Below, piece after piece: positions 50,685 through 60,949 of a stretch of DNA of 64,000 nt; positions within the stretch are counted from its first letter, which is position 1, and the number at the start of each line of letters is the position of its first letter. The stretch spans positions 288,001 to 352,000 of the forward strand of contig CAWBNQ010000014.1 of NCBI GenBank assembly GCA_963790205.1. The letters are read 5' to 3'. The stretch is from Nitrospirota bacterium (GTDB lineage: Bacteria; Nitrospirota; UBA9217). Made by a program: the position numbers and the translations under genes. The notes beneath the pieces were generated by a model, which was not told where the DNA came from, searched no databases, and was given only the letters and a program-made list of their open reading frames with translations.

Positions 50685-50734
50685 AACTACCCCGCCGCAA
50701 GCGGCGGGGAATTCAACCCGGAGTGACGATTAAA
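50685..50734. repeat. REP-like palindromic element
   Basis: aactaccccgccgc-aa-gcggcggggaattcaacccg...gattaaa: perfect 9 bp GC stem in AT-rich DNA. Confidence 0.6.
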
Positions 50735-50837
50735 TCATATTGTTATAAAACGGGATGGTTGAAGAGCTAGCACGAATCAGAAAAGAAGCGGAATGACTCA
50801 GGATGTCCCTCCTTCCTTACTTTATCCTCACCGCGAT

Positions 50838-50882
50838 AATGACCGCCCTTTGCCGTGCATTGCAAAGGACGGTCATTTTTTT
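50838..50882 (+). terminator. Rho-independent terminator
   Basis: aatgaccgccctttgc / gcaaaggacggtcatt stem followed by a T run. Confidence 0.7.
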
Positions 50883-51360
50883 AAGTGCCATAAAGGCCTG
50901 AAAAGAATACATCCAAGCTTGTGCCCCTCCTTATATCTTTTAATGAAGCTTCGATCGTAAACTATTCTGCTGTTGAAAACTTGCCTAGACAATTATGGAG
51001 CTATGATCGTCTTTTCTTCATAAATCCAGTTAAATTTGCAGATAATCATTGTGCGGTTCCACCCAAAATGGTCTGGCAACAATGTCGGCTACCCAAGCGC
51101 TTCCTGACCAAGCTCTATCGTTTCCCTTCTGTTCAGTGAACGCTTCCGCGCGGAGCATCTCTGTATTTTTAAACTTCCCAATGACCAGCTTAGCGGGTGA
51201 CTCACTTTTCTATGGCCACCCACAATATCTTGTCTGCTTTATGCTATACTGATTCTAACTAACTTACATTGTCGGACGATGCTATTTATATATATTTTTT
51301 GCAACTTTTAGCATCCCCATAAAATACCCGACGCGGGGTATTGTCTATTGCTACCCAGAA

Positions 51361-51616
51361 TTCTAATATATTACTTAATTATGAACGAACCTTCTTTTCC
51401 CACAGATAACAAATTATGCCTAATCTCATGGTGTGGAAAAATTTCCCAGTTTGCAGGCAAGGCTCCCGAGTCGGCACTCGGGAAACTTCAAATACTAACA
51501 TATTACTTATTATGAATGAACTTTCTTTTACCACAGATAAAAAATTATACATAATCTCATGGTGTGGAGAAATTGCCCAGTTTACAGGCAAGACTCCCGT
51601 ATTGGCCCTCGGGAAC
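51361..51616 (+). repeat. Diverged tandem duplication (131 bp period) of the sensor kinase 5' end
   Basis: atgaacgaaccttcttttcccacagataac... (51381) versus atgaatgaactttcttttaccacagataaa... (51512). Confidence 0.88.
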
Positions 51617-52528
51617 AAATATTATGACGTGCTGCCTCCGATATTTTTCGAGGGGAAGGAAGCTCTTGTGCAGGCTGTTAAAAGAAAGAAGGCAATATCG
51701 ATCAAGGGTCATCGAATTCCCTGTTTGTTTTCGCATATAAATGCAGATATCGAAATCTATCCCAGAAAATCGTCTAACGGTGATGTTAAACAGGTCGATG
51801 TTACTTTAAACGTCTCCTCTGCCTGCTCAGTCGTACATCAGCTCAATCAGTCACAGCAATTTATCAATATCGGTAAAACGGCATCTACATTGGCTCATGG
51901 CGTCAGAAATCCCTTGAATGCCATTAAGGGTGCCGTCGTCTACCTCAGCGAAAAATATAGCCATGAAGAACCACTTGTTGAATTTACGAAGATCATGCAG
52001 GAGGAGATCTCACGGCTCGAAAGCTTTATAACGAAATTCCTCAGCGCATCAATCGCAGATATGGAGGTATCTGCCACCAATATCAATTCGGTGCTGAAAA
52101 AAATACAGGTTTTTACATCTCTCCAGATGCATACCCGCAACATTCAGGCAGACTTTGATCTGGGGGAAACAATGCCGATCATGATAAACGCTTTTCACCT
52201 TGAGCAGATCATTCTGAATGTAATCAATAATGCAATAGATGCCATGAAATACGGCGGCCGGCTGAAGGTAAGAACATTCAACGAAACCAAGTCTGTAGAT
52301 CAGTATGTCGTCATCGAGATATCGGATACAGGGCCAGGGATGGCAGACAGGAAGATCAACGGACTCGCTCCGAGATCCGGCGACGCAGGAAGGGGGTTCG
52401 GCTTGCTGATTACCTACGAAATACTTAAATATTACCGGGGACATATCAAAATAGACAGTAAAAAGGATACGGGGACGACGGTACGGCTATATATCCCCTG
52501 CCGCGATGCTAAGGAGAAACAACTATGA
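51512..52528 (+). CDS. Cytoplasmic sensor histidine kinase (PAS-like + HisKA + HATPase)
   Basis: LAHGVRNPL, NVINNAIDAM, ISDTGPGM, GRGFGL, GTTVRL. Confidence 0.9.
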   Translation: MNELSFTTDKKLYIISWCGEIAQFTGKTPVLALGNKYYDVLPPIFFEGKEALVQAVKRKKAISIKGHRIPCLFSHINADIEIYPRKSSNGDVKQVDVTLNVSSACSVVHQLNQSQQFINIGKTASTLAHGVRNPLNAIKGAVVYLSEKYSHEEPLVEFTKIMQEEISRLESFITKFLSASIADMEVSATNINSVLKKIQVFTSLQMHTRNIQADFDLGETMPIMINAFHLEQIILNVINNAIDAMKYGGRLKVRTFNETKSVDQYVVIEISDTGPGMADRKINGLAPRSGDAGRGFGLLITYEILKYYRGHIKIDSKKDTGTTVRLYIPCRDAKEKQL

Positions 52529-52637
52529 GAAACTGCGAAAAGGTGCTGAGCGTGGGCGACGGTACGGCTATATATCCTCTGCCGCGGCGCGAAGGAGAGA
52601 CAACTGCGAGGAACTGTGGAAAAGTTCTGATCGTGGA
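52476..52637 (+). repeat. Diverged in-frame 81 bp tandem duplication across the kinase/regulator junction
   Basis: cgacggtacggctatatatcc... at 52476 and 52557. Confidence 0.88.
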
Positions 52638-53943
52638 CGATGAAGCTAATGCCCTGATGGTCCTCTCGGCCATCCTTCGCGAGGTCGGGTACCACGTGAT
52701 CGAGTCCCTGAACGTTGATAAAGCCGTCGGAATTATTCATCGAGAAGATGTAGACGCGATCATTACCGACTTGAAAATGCCGGCCAAGGATGGGTATCAG
52801 CTCTTCGATTATGTCACGCAACATCACCCCGACATCCCGGTCATGTTCCTTACCGCATACGGAACGGTGGAGTCGGCAGTAACCGCCATGTCGAACGGAG
52901 CTTATTTTTACTTTATCAAACCCCCCGATTATCATAAATTGAAAAGCACTCTTGCACAGGCCATCGATGAATACGGTTTGAAAAAGAAATTGAAGAGCAG
53001 TCAACACATGGTCTCTTCCGGGTATCCATCCTGCGGCATACTGGGCCACGCCTCTGCCATGAGCAACATAGTCAAAACAATCAACTCTGTAAAAGACAGC
53101 GAAAGCAGCGTTCTAATCCAGGGCGAAACCGGAACGGGCAAGGAAGTCATCGCCCGGAACCTCCACTACCGTAGCGCACGGCATGACAAACCCTTTATCC
53201 CCGTCAATTGTGCTGCGATTCCGCGGGAACTCATCGAATCGGAACTCTTCGGATACGAAAAAGGGGCGTTTACCGGAGCAGTGACTGCACGGATTGGAAA
53301 ATTTGAGGAGGCGGCGAACGGCACTATTTTCCTTGATGAAATCGGAGAACTTGAGCCTGCGGTACAATCAAAGCTTCTCAGGGGATTGCAGGAACGGGAA
53401 ATAGAACGGCTGGGGAGTAACAAAAAGACCAAGGTTAATTTCCGGCTTATTTCATCGACGAACCGCGATCTCACGAAGGAAGTTGCGACAGGCAACTTCC
53501 GGGAAGATCTTTTCTACCGGATTAACGTGATCCAGATAGACGTACCGCCCCTGAGGGAACGGCAGGAGGACATCCCCCTGCTGGTGTCGGAATTCGTCAA
53601 CGAATTCTGTCTGAGGGAAAAAAAGGTACTGACCTTCTCAGAGGAAGTGATGGATATCTTCATGACTTACCCGTGGCCTGGTAATATCAGGCAGCTGAGG
53701 AATGTGATCGAACGGGCTATCGTCCTCACCAAAGGAAGAACTATTTCTAAGAACGACCTCCCCCTTGAGCTTCTTTCCCACCGGAGGACGACGGCAGCAG
53801 TCACCGCGATAAAGCCCCTGAAGCAGCTCGAACTCCAGGCGATCAACCACGCACTTCTGGAATGCAGCGGAAACAAATCAGAGGCCGCAAAAAAACTCGG
53901 CATATCAAGGAAAACATTTTACAAAAGACTTAAAGAGGTGTAG
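52525..53943 (+). CDS. Sigma54-dependent response regulator (NtrC family)
   Basis: VLIVDDE, ITDLKMP, GETGTGKE, GAFTGA, FLDEIG, WPGNIRQL, Fis-type HTH. Confidence 0.96.
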   Translation: MRNCEKVLSVGDGTAIYPLPRREGETTARNCGKVLIVDDEANALMVLSAILREVGYHVIESLNVDKAVGIIHREDVDAIITDLKMPAKDGYQLFDYVTQHHPDIPVMFLTAYGTVESAVTAMSNGAYFYFIKPPDYHKLKSTLAQAIDEYGLKKKLKSSQHMVSSGYPSCGILGHASAMSNIVKTINSVKDSESSVLIQGETGTGKEVIARNLHYRSARHDKPFIPVNCAAIPRELIESELFGYEKGAFTGAVTARIGKFEEAANGTIFLDEIGELEPAVQSKLLRGLQEREIERLGSNKKTKVNFRLISSTNRDLTKEVATGNFREDLFYRINVIQIDVPPLRERQEDIPLLVSEFVNEFCLREKKVLTFSEEVMDIFMTYPWPGNIRQLRNVIERAIVLTKGRTISKNDLPLELLSHRRTTAAVTAIKPLKQLELQAINHALLECSGNKSEAAKKLGISRKTFYKRLKEV

Positions 53944-54039
53944 CCGTACTCGGCAAAATATGAGACGCCAAAGCGGATATCAGACGGCTGATTGTCGCAG
54001 AACAGGCATGATTGGCTCGTCTCATGAAACGGGGACAGA

Positions 54040-55854
54040 ATGGACAGGTTAAATCTTTTCAAGGCCAAATTCTCCATCCTCCAGCGCATCTCCATGGCCG
54101 TGGTTGAATTCCATGATTTTCGCTCCATCGCAAACATCATGCTTGACCTGGCCATCGATTACACCGACGCCGAAACAGGCTCCCTTATGTTGCTCAACGA
54201 CCAGAATCATCTCTACATCCTCACTGCGCGGGGGTTAGATCCAGTATTTATCAGGGAATACAACGCCAAGATCGGCGAAGGGATTGCAGGAACCGTGGCC
54301 CTGAACCGCCATCCCGTGCTGGTCGAGAATATTGAGAAAGACACGAGATTTCCGGTTGACAAGCGAGATCACTATAAAACCAGGTCATTCGTTTCCTGTC
54401 CCATCATGAATAAAACAAAAATCCTCGGCGTCCTCAATATCAACGACAAGAGGGATGGCACCCCTTTCACAACGGATGAATTCGATCTATTAAAAAGCAT
54501 TGCCAACCATGCGGCTATTGCGCTCGAGAACGTTCTCCTGTTGAACCAACTGGAAGCAAAAGCTGTAGAACTCGAAAAAATAAACCGAAAACTCATTGAA
54601 TCCTATTTAGTGAAAAATGAATTTCTCACGCGAATCTCTCATGAGCTCCGGACCCCCTTGAATTCTGTCAAGGGTGCGATCTATTGCCTGCAACAGCATG
54701 ACGCTATAACGAAAAATGATCGCAAAGAGTTTCAGAACATTATTACCGCAGAAACGGACAAGCTCATCACGCTTGTAGAAAATCTCCTCAACTTCCTCAG
54801 ATTCGAGGAGGAGTCTAGAATACTGGAAAAAACCATTCTGAATATCGGTGATCTTCTTAAAGAATTAGTGGAAGCCAAATCAGTCAAGAGCGCGTTGATG
54901 CAAAAGGGCATTGAATTAAAGGTCGGCGTCTCAGATGACCTGCCAGATATTATCGGAGATAAAAGCAGAATCACGCAGCTTTTTATGAACTTGATCGATG
55001 GACTCTGTTTTTATCTTGAACAGGGCGATACGATCGAGATTACCGCTCAGAACCAAAATTTTGTTTCTGTTGTCATTGCTCTTCCTCGGAAGCTGCCGAA
55101 AAATGTCATCCCATCGCGCAACAACCTGAAACAAGTTTTCCGATTGGAGAACCAGGAACAGCGGCTCAAGCTCTACCTTGCCTGGAACATTATTGAGGTC
55201 CACCGTTGGGGCATTATCGCCGAGAATACTGGGAATGCCTGCCAGATCACGCTCACCATACCAAAGAGCTCAAATGAAAAGCTTAATACGCTCATAGATA
55301 TCAGCATGGACTCCTTTGCTGAGTTTATCTCGGAGCGCCTCAACATAGATATCTGCTCTATCATGCTGAGCGATGATCTTACGAATGAACTGACCGTCAG
55401 AGCGTCGCGGGGGCTGGAAGATGAAATTGTCAAGCGGACAAGCATAAAAATGGGCGACAAGATAGCCGGCTGGGTTGCGCTGGAGGGTAAGCCGCTGTTC
55501 ATAGAAAACATAGAGAGCGATCCTCGCTTTGCAAAGAAAAGCATACCTCAATACACTACAAAGTCCCTCATGTCCTTCCCCTTAAAGATCGGAGGCCGGG
55601 TTATCGGTGTGATGAATCTGAATAACAAAAAGACCCCCGGCCCTTTTACAGTGAAAGACTACGCGGTCGCCGAGTCGATCAGCGAAAAAATTTCACAATT
55701 TATGGAAAGTCTTTACACCGGCAGTTACCAGGAAGAGGAATTTCAAAAATTGATGAAATCGCTCTACAAACTACAGCCACCGTTACAGCGCGTTTCGGGG
55801 GAACGGGAGAGCTTATTATCAAACACCGGCGAGGAAAGTGCGACCACTGATTAA
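54040..55854 (+). CDS. GAF-HisKA-degenerate HATPase-GAF protein
   Basis: Two GAF domains (GEGIAGTVA; GDKIAGWVA), ISHELRTPL; ATP-binding N/G1/G2 boxes not recognisable. Confidence 0.85.
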   Translation: MDRLNLFKAKFSILQRISMAVVEFHDFRSIANIMLDLAIDYTDAETGSLMLLNDQNHLYILTARGLDPVFIREYNAKIGEGIAGTVALNRHPVLVENIEKDTRFPVDKRDHYKTRSFVSCPIMNKTKILGVLNINDKRDGTPFTTDEFDLLKSIANHAAIALENVLLLNQLEAKAVELEKINRKLIESYLVKNEFLTRISHELRTPLNSVKGAIYCLQQHDAITKNDRKEFQNIITAETDKLITLVENLLNFLRFEEESRILEKTILNIGDLLKELVEAKSVKSALMQKGIELKVGVSDDLPDIIGDKSRITQLFMNLIDGLCFYLEQGDTIEITAQNQNFVSVVIALPRKLPKNVIPSRNNLKQVFRLENQEQRLKLYLAWNIIEVHRWGIIAENTGNACQITLTIPKSSNEKLNTLIDISMDSFAEFISERLNIDICSIMLSDDLTNELTVRASRGLEDEIVKRTSIKMGDKIAGWVALEGKPLFIENIESDPRFAKKSIPQYTTKSLMSFPLKIGGRVIGVMNLNNKKTPGPFTVKDYAVAESISEKISQFMESLYTGSYQEEEFQKLMKSLYKLQPPLQRVSGERESLLSNTGEESATTD

Positions 55855-56129
55855 CGAGGGACCGAGCATCTGTCTTAATTATTTTAGCCTGCTTGGAGTG
55901 AACGCTATGAATTGTACGTGATGATATCATGAAATGACGAAACAAGGTACTCTCAGCAGTGAATAACCGGAAGGAGCGATGAGGCGGAGGGCATGGGCGA
56001 TACCTACAGAAGATTATGCAGAAGAAAAGTCCATCTTCAAATATTATTACTATACTTCCTGCTAAAGGTCACTCCCTCCCACATCAGGGACCCGCGCATC
56101 TTTTGAAATCATACCAGCAATAGTTCTCC

Positions 56130-58190
56130 TCATAGCACCTTGACCTTGTTCCTTCCTTCATGTTTTGCACAATACATCGCCTTGTCGACATTTTCCAGGA
56201 GTTGCTCTGCGGTCTCGCCGTGCTGCGGATAGGACACGATGCCGATACTCGCCGTAATAAAGCTTTCAGATTTCGCAATGCTGTTCTCTGTCGGCAACGC
56301 CTTTTTCATAATATCATTGTTCAATCGTTCCGCAATCTTGATTGCCAGCGTCAATTCAGTTTCTGGGAGGATAACGATAAATTCGTCGCCGCCGAAGCGT
56401 GATACCACATCCATCGTGCGGACTGATTTCATGATTACGTCCGCCACGTGTTTCAAGATTCTGTCACCCGTCAGATGACCGTATGTATCATTATAGAATT
56501 TGAACCCGTCAAGATCCATCATAAGAAGGCACATGTTTCGCTCGTGCCGTTTGGATCGTGCCAATTCCTCCTCCAGTCTGTCCTGAAGATATCTCCGGTT
56601 GAGAAGGCCCGTGAGCGGATCGGTAATGGAAAGTCGCTTAAGCTCTTCAGTTTGATTATACAGCGACATCCGGTCCAGGATAATGGCTGCATGTGTGGCA
56701 AACGTCTGTATGAGCTTCAAGTCTTCATCGTCGAAGACTTCGCCTGTCGTTTTGTCCGATAAATTGAGTACGCCGATAATGCGTTCTTCTATTTTGAGAG
56801 GAACACTTACAAATGATGGTGTTTTATAGTGCTGCCTGTTTTTCTGCTTAAATCGAGGGTCCTTTTCGAGATTTTTCACGAGGAAGGACTCGCCAAGCAC
56901 TGCTACTTTTCCAGCTATTCCTTCGCCCTTGGGTATGGCGAGCTTCTCGGGGACGGTGTCCCCTATTCCTTTTTTCACCTCGACGAGCAGTGCCTCCGTC
57001 GCTTGGTCGACGAGCATCAATGACCCCTGTTCCGCCATCAGCAACTCGGCGGATTTGTCGAGAATTGCCTGCAGGAGGGCCTTATACTCAAGATGATTCT
57101 CAATGGTTCCCGGTAGTGCGTAAGCTGCGTCGAGCTGCTTAACTTTCTGGCCCAAATCGTAGTGTAATCGCTGATTCTCTACCAAGAGGGCAGCATGTTT
57201 GCATAATGCGGAGATAATATTTATATCAGCTTCCTTAAGCGTCCGGTCAGATATGGCCAAGATGGCCTCTAATGAGCTGTTGACGGTGACAGGAAAGAAG
57301 TACCACGCCCTCGGCTCTGGCGTTGAATTGTCGTGACGATCAGTACGAGGCACTTTAAACAAGACGTATTGCTTGCCGCCCAGGAGGTCCTTAACGATGA
57401 TGTCATTCTCACTGATGCTTTGAACCAGGGCCTTCCCGGCACGGTACTTCAAGCTGTAAATACCCGTATATTTTCCTTGCTTTTTGTCCAAGGTAAGTAC
57501 GGTGATGCAAGAGATATCGAGCACGGCAAATAGTTTGTCTGTAATGAACCGAAACAACATGCTGGGTTCGTCATCTGTAAAAGTACTCCGCTGACCGAAG
57601 ACATCCATCACGATTTCTATCTTCTTCCTCAGGGAAACATTGTCCTGTATGTATTTCAACAGCCGATTTACCGAGTCGGTAACAAAATTGCATGTCTGCC
57701 ATGCCTGTCTTTTATTGACAAAGGTCTGCGGCACTGTTATGGTCGTCATATGATTTTCTCGTGAGCGCATAATGTTCACGTAATCACGATAATCCTTATA
57801 CGAAGAAAATGCTCCATGCCCCAGGATCACCGCTTTTTCGTTCATATATTCAATGGGAGCGACAAAATTTATCATTTTTGCAGAACACGTAAATATCTTG
57901 GGGATCATCTTCATCGTCGCGCTCATTATCGCAGAACAACAGTTCGTTTCTCCCAAGGTCCCACATTCAGAGGGCACCGCATGAAGTTCGTTGCATGGGG
58001 AAAAGGGGCTACTGGGAACAGCTAGCAGACCGTCTGTAGGGAAATACACGCTCAGCCGAAAGCCGATCGTATCAGCAAGGGCGGCGAGGTGGTCTTTCAA
58101 CTGTTCAGACACTAATATCTCCTGAAAAGGGGTCCCACCGGTCTCTTTTTCCGGAGCCCTGAAGGGACATACATGGTTTTCATTCAACAT
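56130..58190 (-). CDS. Diguanylate cyclase (PocR-like + GAF + GGDEF)
   Basis: TDPLTGLLNRR, DLDGFKFYNDTYGHLTGD, RTMD I-site, RFGGDEF. Confidence 0.93.
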   Translation of the reverse strand: MLNENHVCPFRAPEKETGGTPFQEILVSEQLKDHLAALADTIGFRLSVYFPTDGLLAVPSSPFSPCNELHAVPSECGTLGETNCCSAIMSATMKMIPKIFTCSAKMINFVAPIEYMNEKAVILGHGAFSSYKDYRDYVNIMRSRENHMTTITVPQTFVNKRQAWQTCNFVTDSVNRLLKYIQDNVSLRKKIEIVMDVFGQRSTFTDDEPSMLFRFITDKLFAVLDISCITVLTLDKKQGKYTGIYSLKYRAGKALVQSISENDIIVKDLLGGKQYVLFKVPRTDRHDNSTPEPRAWYFFPVTVNSSLEAILAISDRTLKEADINIISALCKHAALLVENQRLHYDLGQKVKQLDAAYALPGTIENHLEYKALLQAILDKSAELLMAEQGSLMLVDQATEALLVEVKKGIGDTVPEKLAIPKGEGIAGKVAVLGESFLVKNLEKDPRFKQKNRQHYKTPSFVSVPLKIEERIIGVLNLSDKTTGEVFDDEDLKLIQTFATHAAIILDRMSLYNQTEELKRLSITDPLTGLLNRRYLQDRLEEELARSKRHERNMCLLMMDLDGFKFYNDTYGHLTGDRILKHVADVIMKSVRTMDVVSRFGGDEFIVILPETELTLAIKIAERLNNDIMKKALPTENSIAKSESFITASIGIVSYPQHGETAEQLLENVDKAMYCAKHEGRNKVKVL

Positions 58191-59049
58191 AGTTTCTCCG
58201 GCAAATACCGAGTATCATCTCTTCCGCATGCCTTGAGGTTTGAACAAGGTGGAGGAAAATATGTAAATGGCGCATAATTCCGATTTCAAAGTATGCCCTG
58301 GCCAATGATGTAACATATGAAGGCGGATACGAGCATCCATCACGAGCTCATAACTTCAGGTTGTTGTCAGTGGCATGGTTCATCTGGTTATTTAAATGCA
58401 ATTTCCATGCTCTACAACTAACTCTTTGATTTATAACCTCCTATTTGAACAAGAAGGCATAGTGTAAATTTTCCCGATGTCACCTTATTGTAAAAATTTA
58501 ATTGAATCTGACTTTTTTGATAAAAAATCGGTGGCATAGCTTGCGTTAAAATGTCCTATTATATTTTAAATACAATCACCAAGAAGAAGTGCACGAAGCA
58601 TATTTTGTCCATTTCTATTACTTCGGCAAGTGTGATGCTGACGGTCCCGGCATGAATGCTTCCATTCGTATTTTCTGATTAGTCGTAACTTTGTGAACAT
58701 AAATATTAAATGTATATGAATCATGTTATAATAAATAGAATAGCATTAGGGACATAATATTGTTTGAAGGACTTTTTCTGCTAATGCATTTGCTCATAAT
58801 TATTCTATCGCAATCGTCATAACCAAAAATTGATTGGCCGGGAAAAGGCTAGAGTAGCCATATAAGAGAACGTGGACCAAGAAACGAGCCCAAGTCTAAT
58901 CAACATAGGACGATAAAAAAGAGTAATAATAATAAAGTTGTCTCATCCCATTCCAGGAGCCACCTACCGTTCTCATTTACTAAGCAGCGGTGTACTTTCA
59001 AATCATCTTTTTTAATTTTTTTGAATAAGTTTTTAAGGTGCGCATCAGT

Positions 59050-59694
59050 ATGGATTTTAAAAAAATCATTATCAGTTTCCCGCTGGTTGTACTGCTTATC
59101 ATATACAGCTACTATTTTGCCGATGCAAGAGTAGCCTTGTTCGTCAGTAGAGCATGGATGTCCAATGCGCACTTGGCCGTCTATTCTGCTAATATCCCCG
59201 ACTTTTTATTTCACATAGTTTGTATCATTACTGGTATTGCATGGATTGCATATTTCCGCCTTGCTCATAAAGGCATTCACAACACACATGCACGGTTCTT
59301 TTGGCTTGTTGCCGTTACTGTCCCCCTCACGTTTTTTCTTGAATCTACCCTTAAGCATATAGTTGGCAGAAGCAATACAAGATACTGGTTACATCACCCC
59401 AACATCAATGAGTTCCGCTGGCTCCACGGCGTCGGACACTACAATGGTTTTCCGTCAGGACACATGGCCGTGTTCACGGTCTTCCTTGTCGCCCTGGGTA
59501 GATTTTATCCACGATACGGATCTGTGTTTTTTGGATTTCTATCAGTTCTGGCTCTGGCTTTAATCGCTACAGATTATCACTTCCTCAGTGATATTATTGG
59601 CGGCGTTTACCTCGGTTGGATTGTTCATTTCTATACCCTTCAAGGCTTAACATTATTGCATGACTTTAGGGAGCGTAAACGGGATAATTTATAA
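59050..59694 (+). CDS. PAP2-family membrane phosphatase
   Basis: TM helices, LKHIVGR, FPSGH, HFLSDIIGG. Confidence 0.85.
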   Translation: MDFKKIIISFPLVVLLIIYSYYFADARVALFVSRAWMSNAHLAVYSANIPDFLFHIVCIITGIAWIAYFRLAHKGIHNTHARFFWLVAVTVPLTFFLESTLKHIVGRSNTRYWLHHPNINEFRWLHGVGHYNGFPSGHMAVFTVFLVALGRFYPRYGSVFFGFLSVLALALIATDYHFLSDIIGGVYLGWIVHFYTLQGLTLLHDFRERKRDNL

Positions 59695-59984
59695 GGAATG
59701 AAAGTTAGTTTTTAAAAAGTACTGGATAACTCCTTATTCAGGAAACGATCCGGCCAATTAACCAAATCCTTTTTGTTGTGACTCTCTTGTTCCCACGTGG
59801 ATTGAAAAATCCGGCTTCCAGCTCCAGCCGACATGCGAAGTACAAGCAAGCTGTTGAGGTTTCAGCTATGCTCGGACTTCAGATCCGCTGTTCCTTCGCG
59901 TAGCGGAGGAAGGTGAGTTAGATCCTTATGCCCTCGCGCCATTTTACAGTGTTTTTCAAACGGTACTCACGTGAAATGGGTATC

Positions 59985-60251
59985 TGTAGCTTTCAAAAAG
60001 GGCCACAATGAGGGCAGATATAGACAACTTAAGTTCCCATTGATCTCAGGCAAGACTTTGAATCAAACCTTGTCCAGCAAGGCGTTGACATTAACACGGT
60101 CAAAGAACTGTTGGGACATAAGGATCTGAGAATGACTGTCCGGTACTGCCATCTTACTCCTGAAAATCTGAGCGAAGCGGTAAAAGTCTTGGATACAAAG
60201 GAGAGTGGCCACGCTTTGGCTACGTTGGGAAAAGAAAAAAGAGCTAGCTGA
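59985..60251 (+). pseudogene. Tyrosine integrase C-terminal remnant
   Basis: From 60042: [38 protein letters not shown]...; frameshift between H and D of HDLR; no N-terminal part. Confidence 0.85.
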
Positions 60252-60273
60252 TTAGCTAACTCTTTGATTTGAA

Positions 60274-60317
60274 TGGCGTCCCCAAAGGGATTCGAACCCT
60301 TGTTATCGCCGTGAAAG
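60274..60317 (-). tRNA. 3' half of tRNA-Glu(TTC) only; probable att site, not a functional tRNA
   Basis: Minus strand CTTTCACGGCGATAACAAGGGTTCGAATCCCTTTGGGGACGCCA: anticodon loop, T-arm, acceptor 3' strand and CCA; no matching 5' half. Confidence 0.85.
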
Positions 60318-60576
60318 TCGAAAAATCCTAAAACACCAGACCGTTGATGTTGTTCGGGTTTCCCGTTTTTCCTTGAAAATCAGGCTTTTTTCGGCGTCAC
60401 GATTATTATATCTATTACGATGATTTTGTCAATTTGGATTTAAATTAGCACATTTTTAGCACAGTAAAAAAGGCCTGAACATCGCCGATTCACAGCGATA
60501 ACTTCGCCCAGCCTGTAGAAAACGCTTCTAATATCCTTCCGGCAGCAGAATCGCATTTCGAAATTCTTCCTAAAAT

Positions 60577-60900
60577 TCATTTCTGATCGAGTACCTTTTT
60601 CAGGTGATCAAGGCCCGATGCGGCAGTCGGCCAGCCGGCATAAAAGGCAATATGCGTGATCGCTGCGACCAACTCTTCCTTCGTCAAGCCGTTTTCGAAC
60701 GCCTTCTTCAGATGGAATTCGACCTGTTCGATTCGGTTCAGGGAAACCAGGCAGGTGACCGTAATCAGGCTTTTGTCCCGCTGAGACAGAGGCGGACGTT
60801 TCCAGACATCGCCGAAAAGAACATCTTGGGTCAATTGCGCATAATCCGGGGCCAAAGCTTTCAACTCATCAGTAGCTTTTTTCACATCGTTGTCTGACAT
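60577..60900 (-). CDS. Carboxymuconolactone decarboxylase family protein
   Basis: LFGDVWKRPPLSQRDKSLITV, HLKKAFENGLT, HIAFYAGWP. Confidence 0.93.
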   Translation of the reverse strand: MSDNDVKKATDELKALAPDYAQLTQDVLFGDVWKRPPLSQRDKSLITVTCLVSLNRIEQVEFHLKKAFENGLTKEELVAAITHIAFYAGWPTAASGLDHLKKVLDQK

Positions 60901-60949
60901 AAATACCTCCCTTTAAAAAGTAACAATAATACCGTTAATGCCGTTCGGA

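Noticed and set aside
51051..51064. T-box-like GGGTGGAACCGC on the minus strand
   Set aside because: No clear stem I or terminator, and no downstream minus-strand gene.
56130..58190. Hypr-type GGDEF making 3',3'-cGAMP
   Set aside because: It retains Asp in GHLTGD, as in ordinary diguanylate cyclases, rather than the Ser/Thr signature.
60274..60350. Complete tRNA-Glu gene
   Set aside because: The sequence beyond 60317 cannot form the anticodon stem 5' strand, D-arm or acceptor stem.
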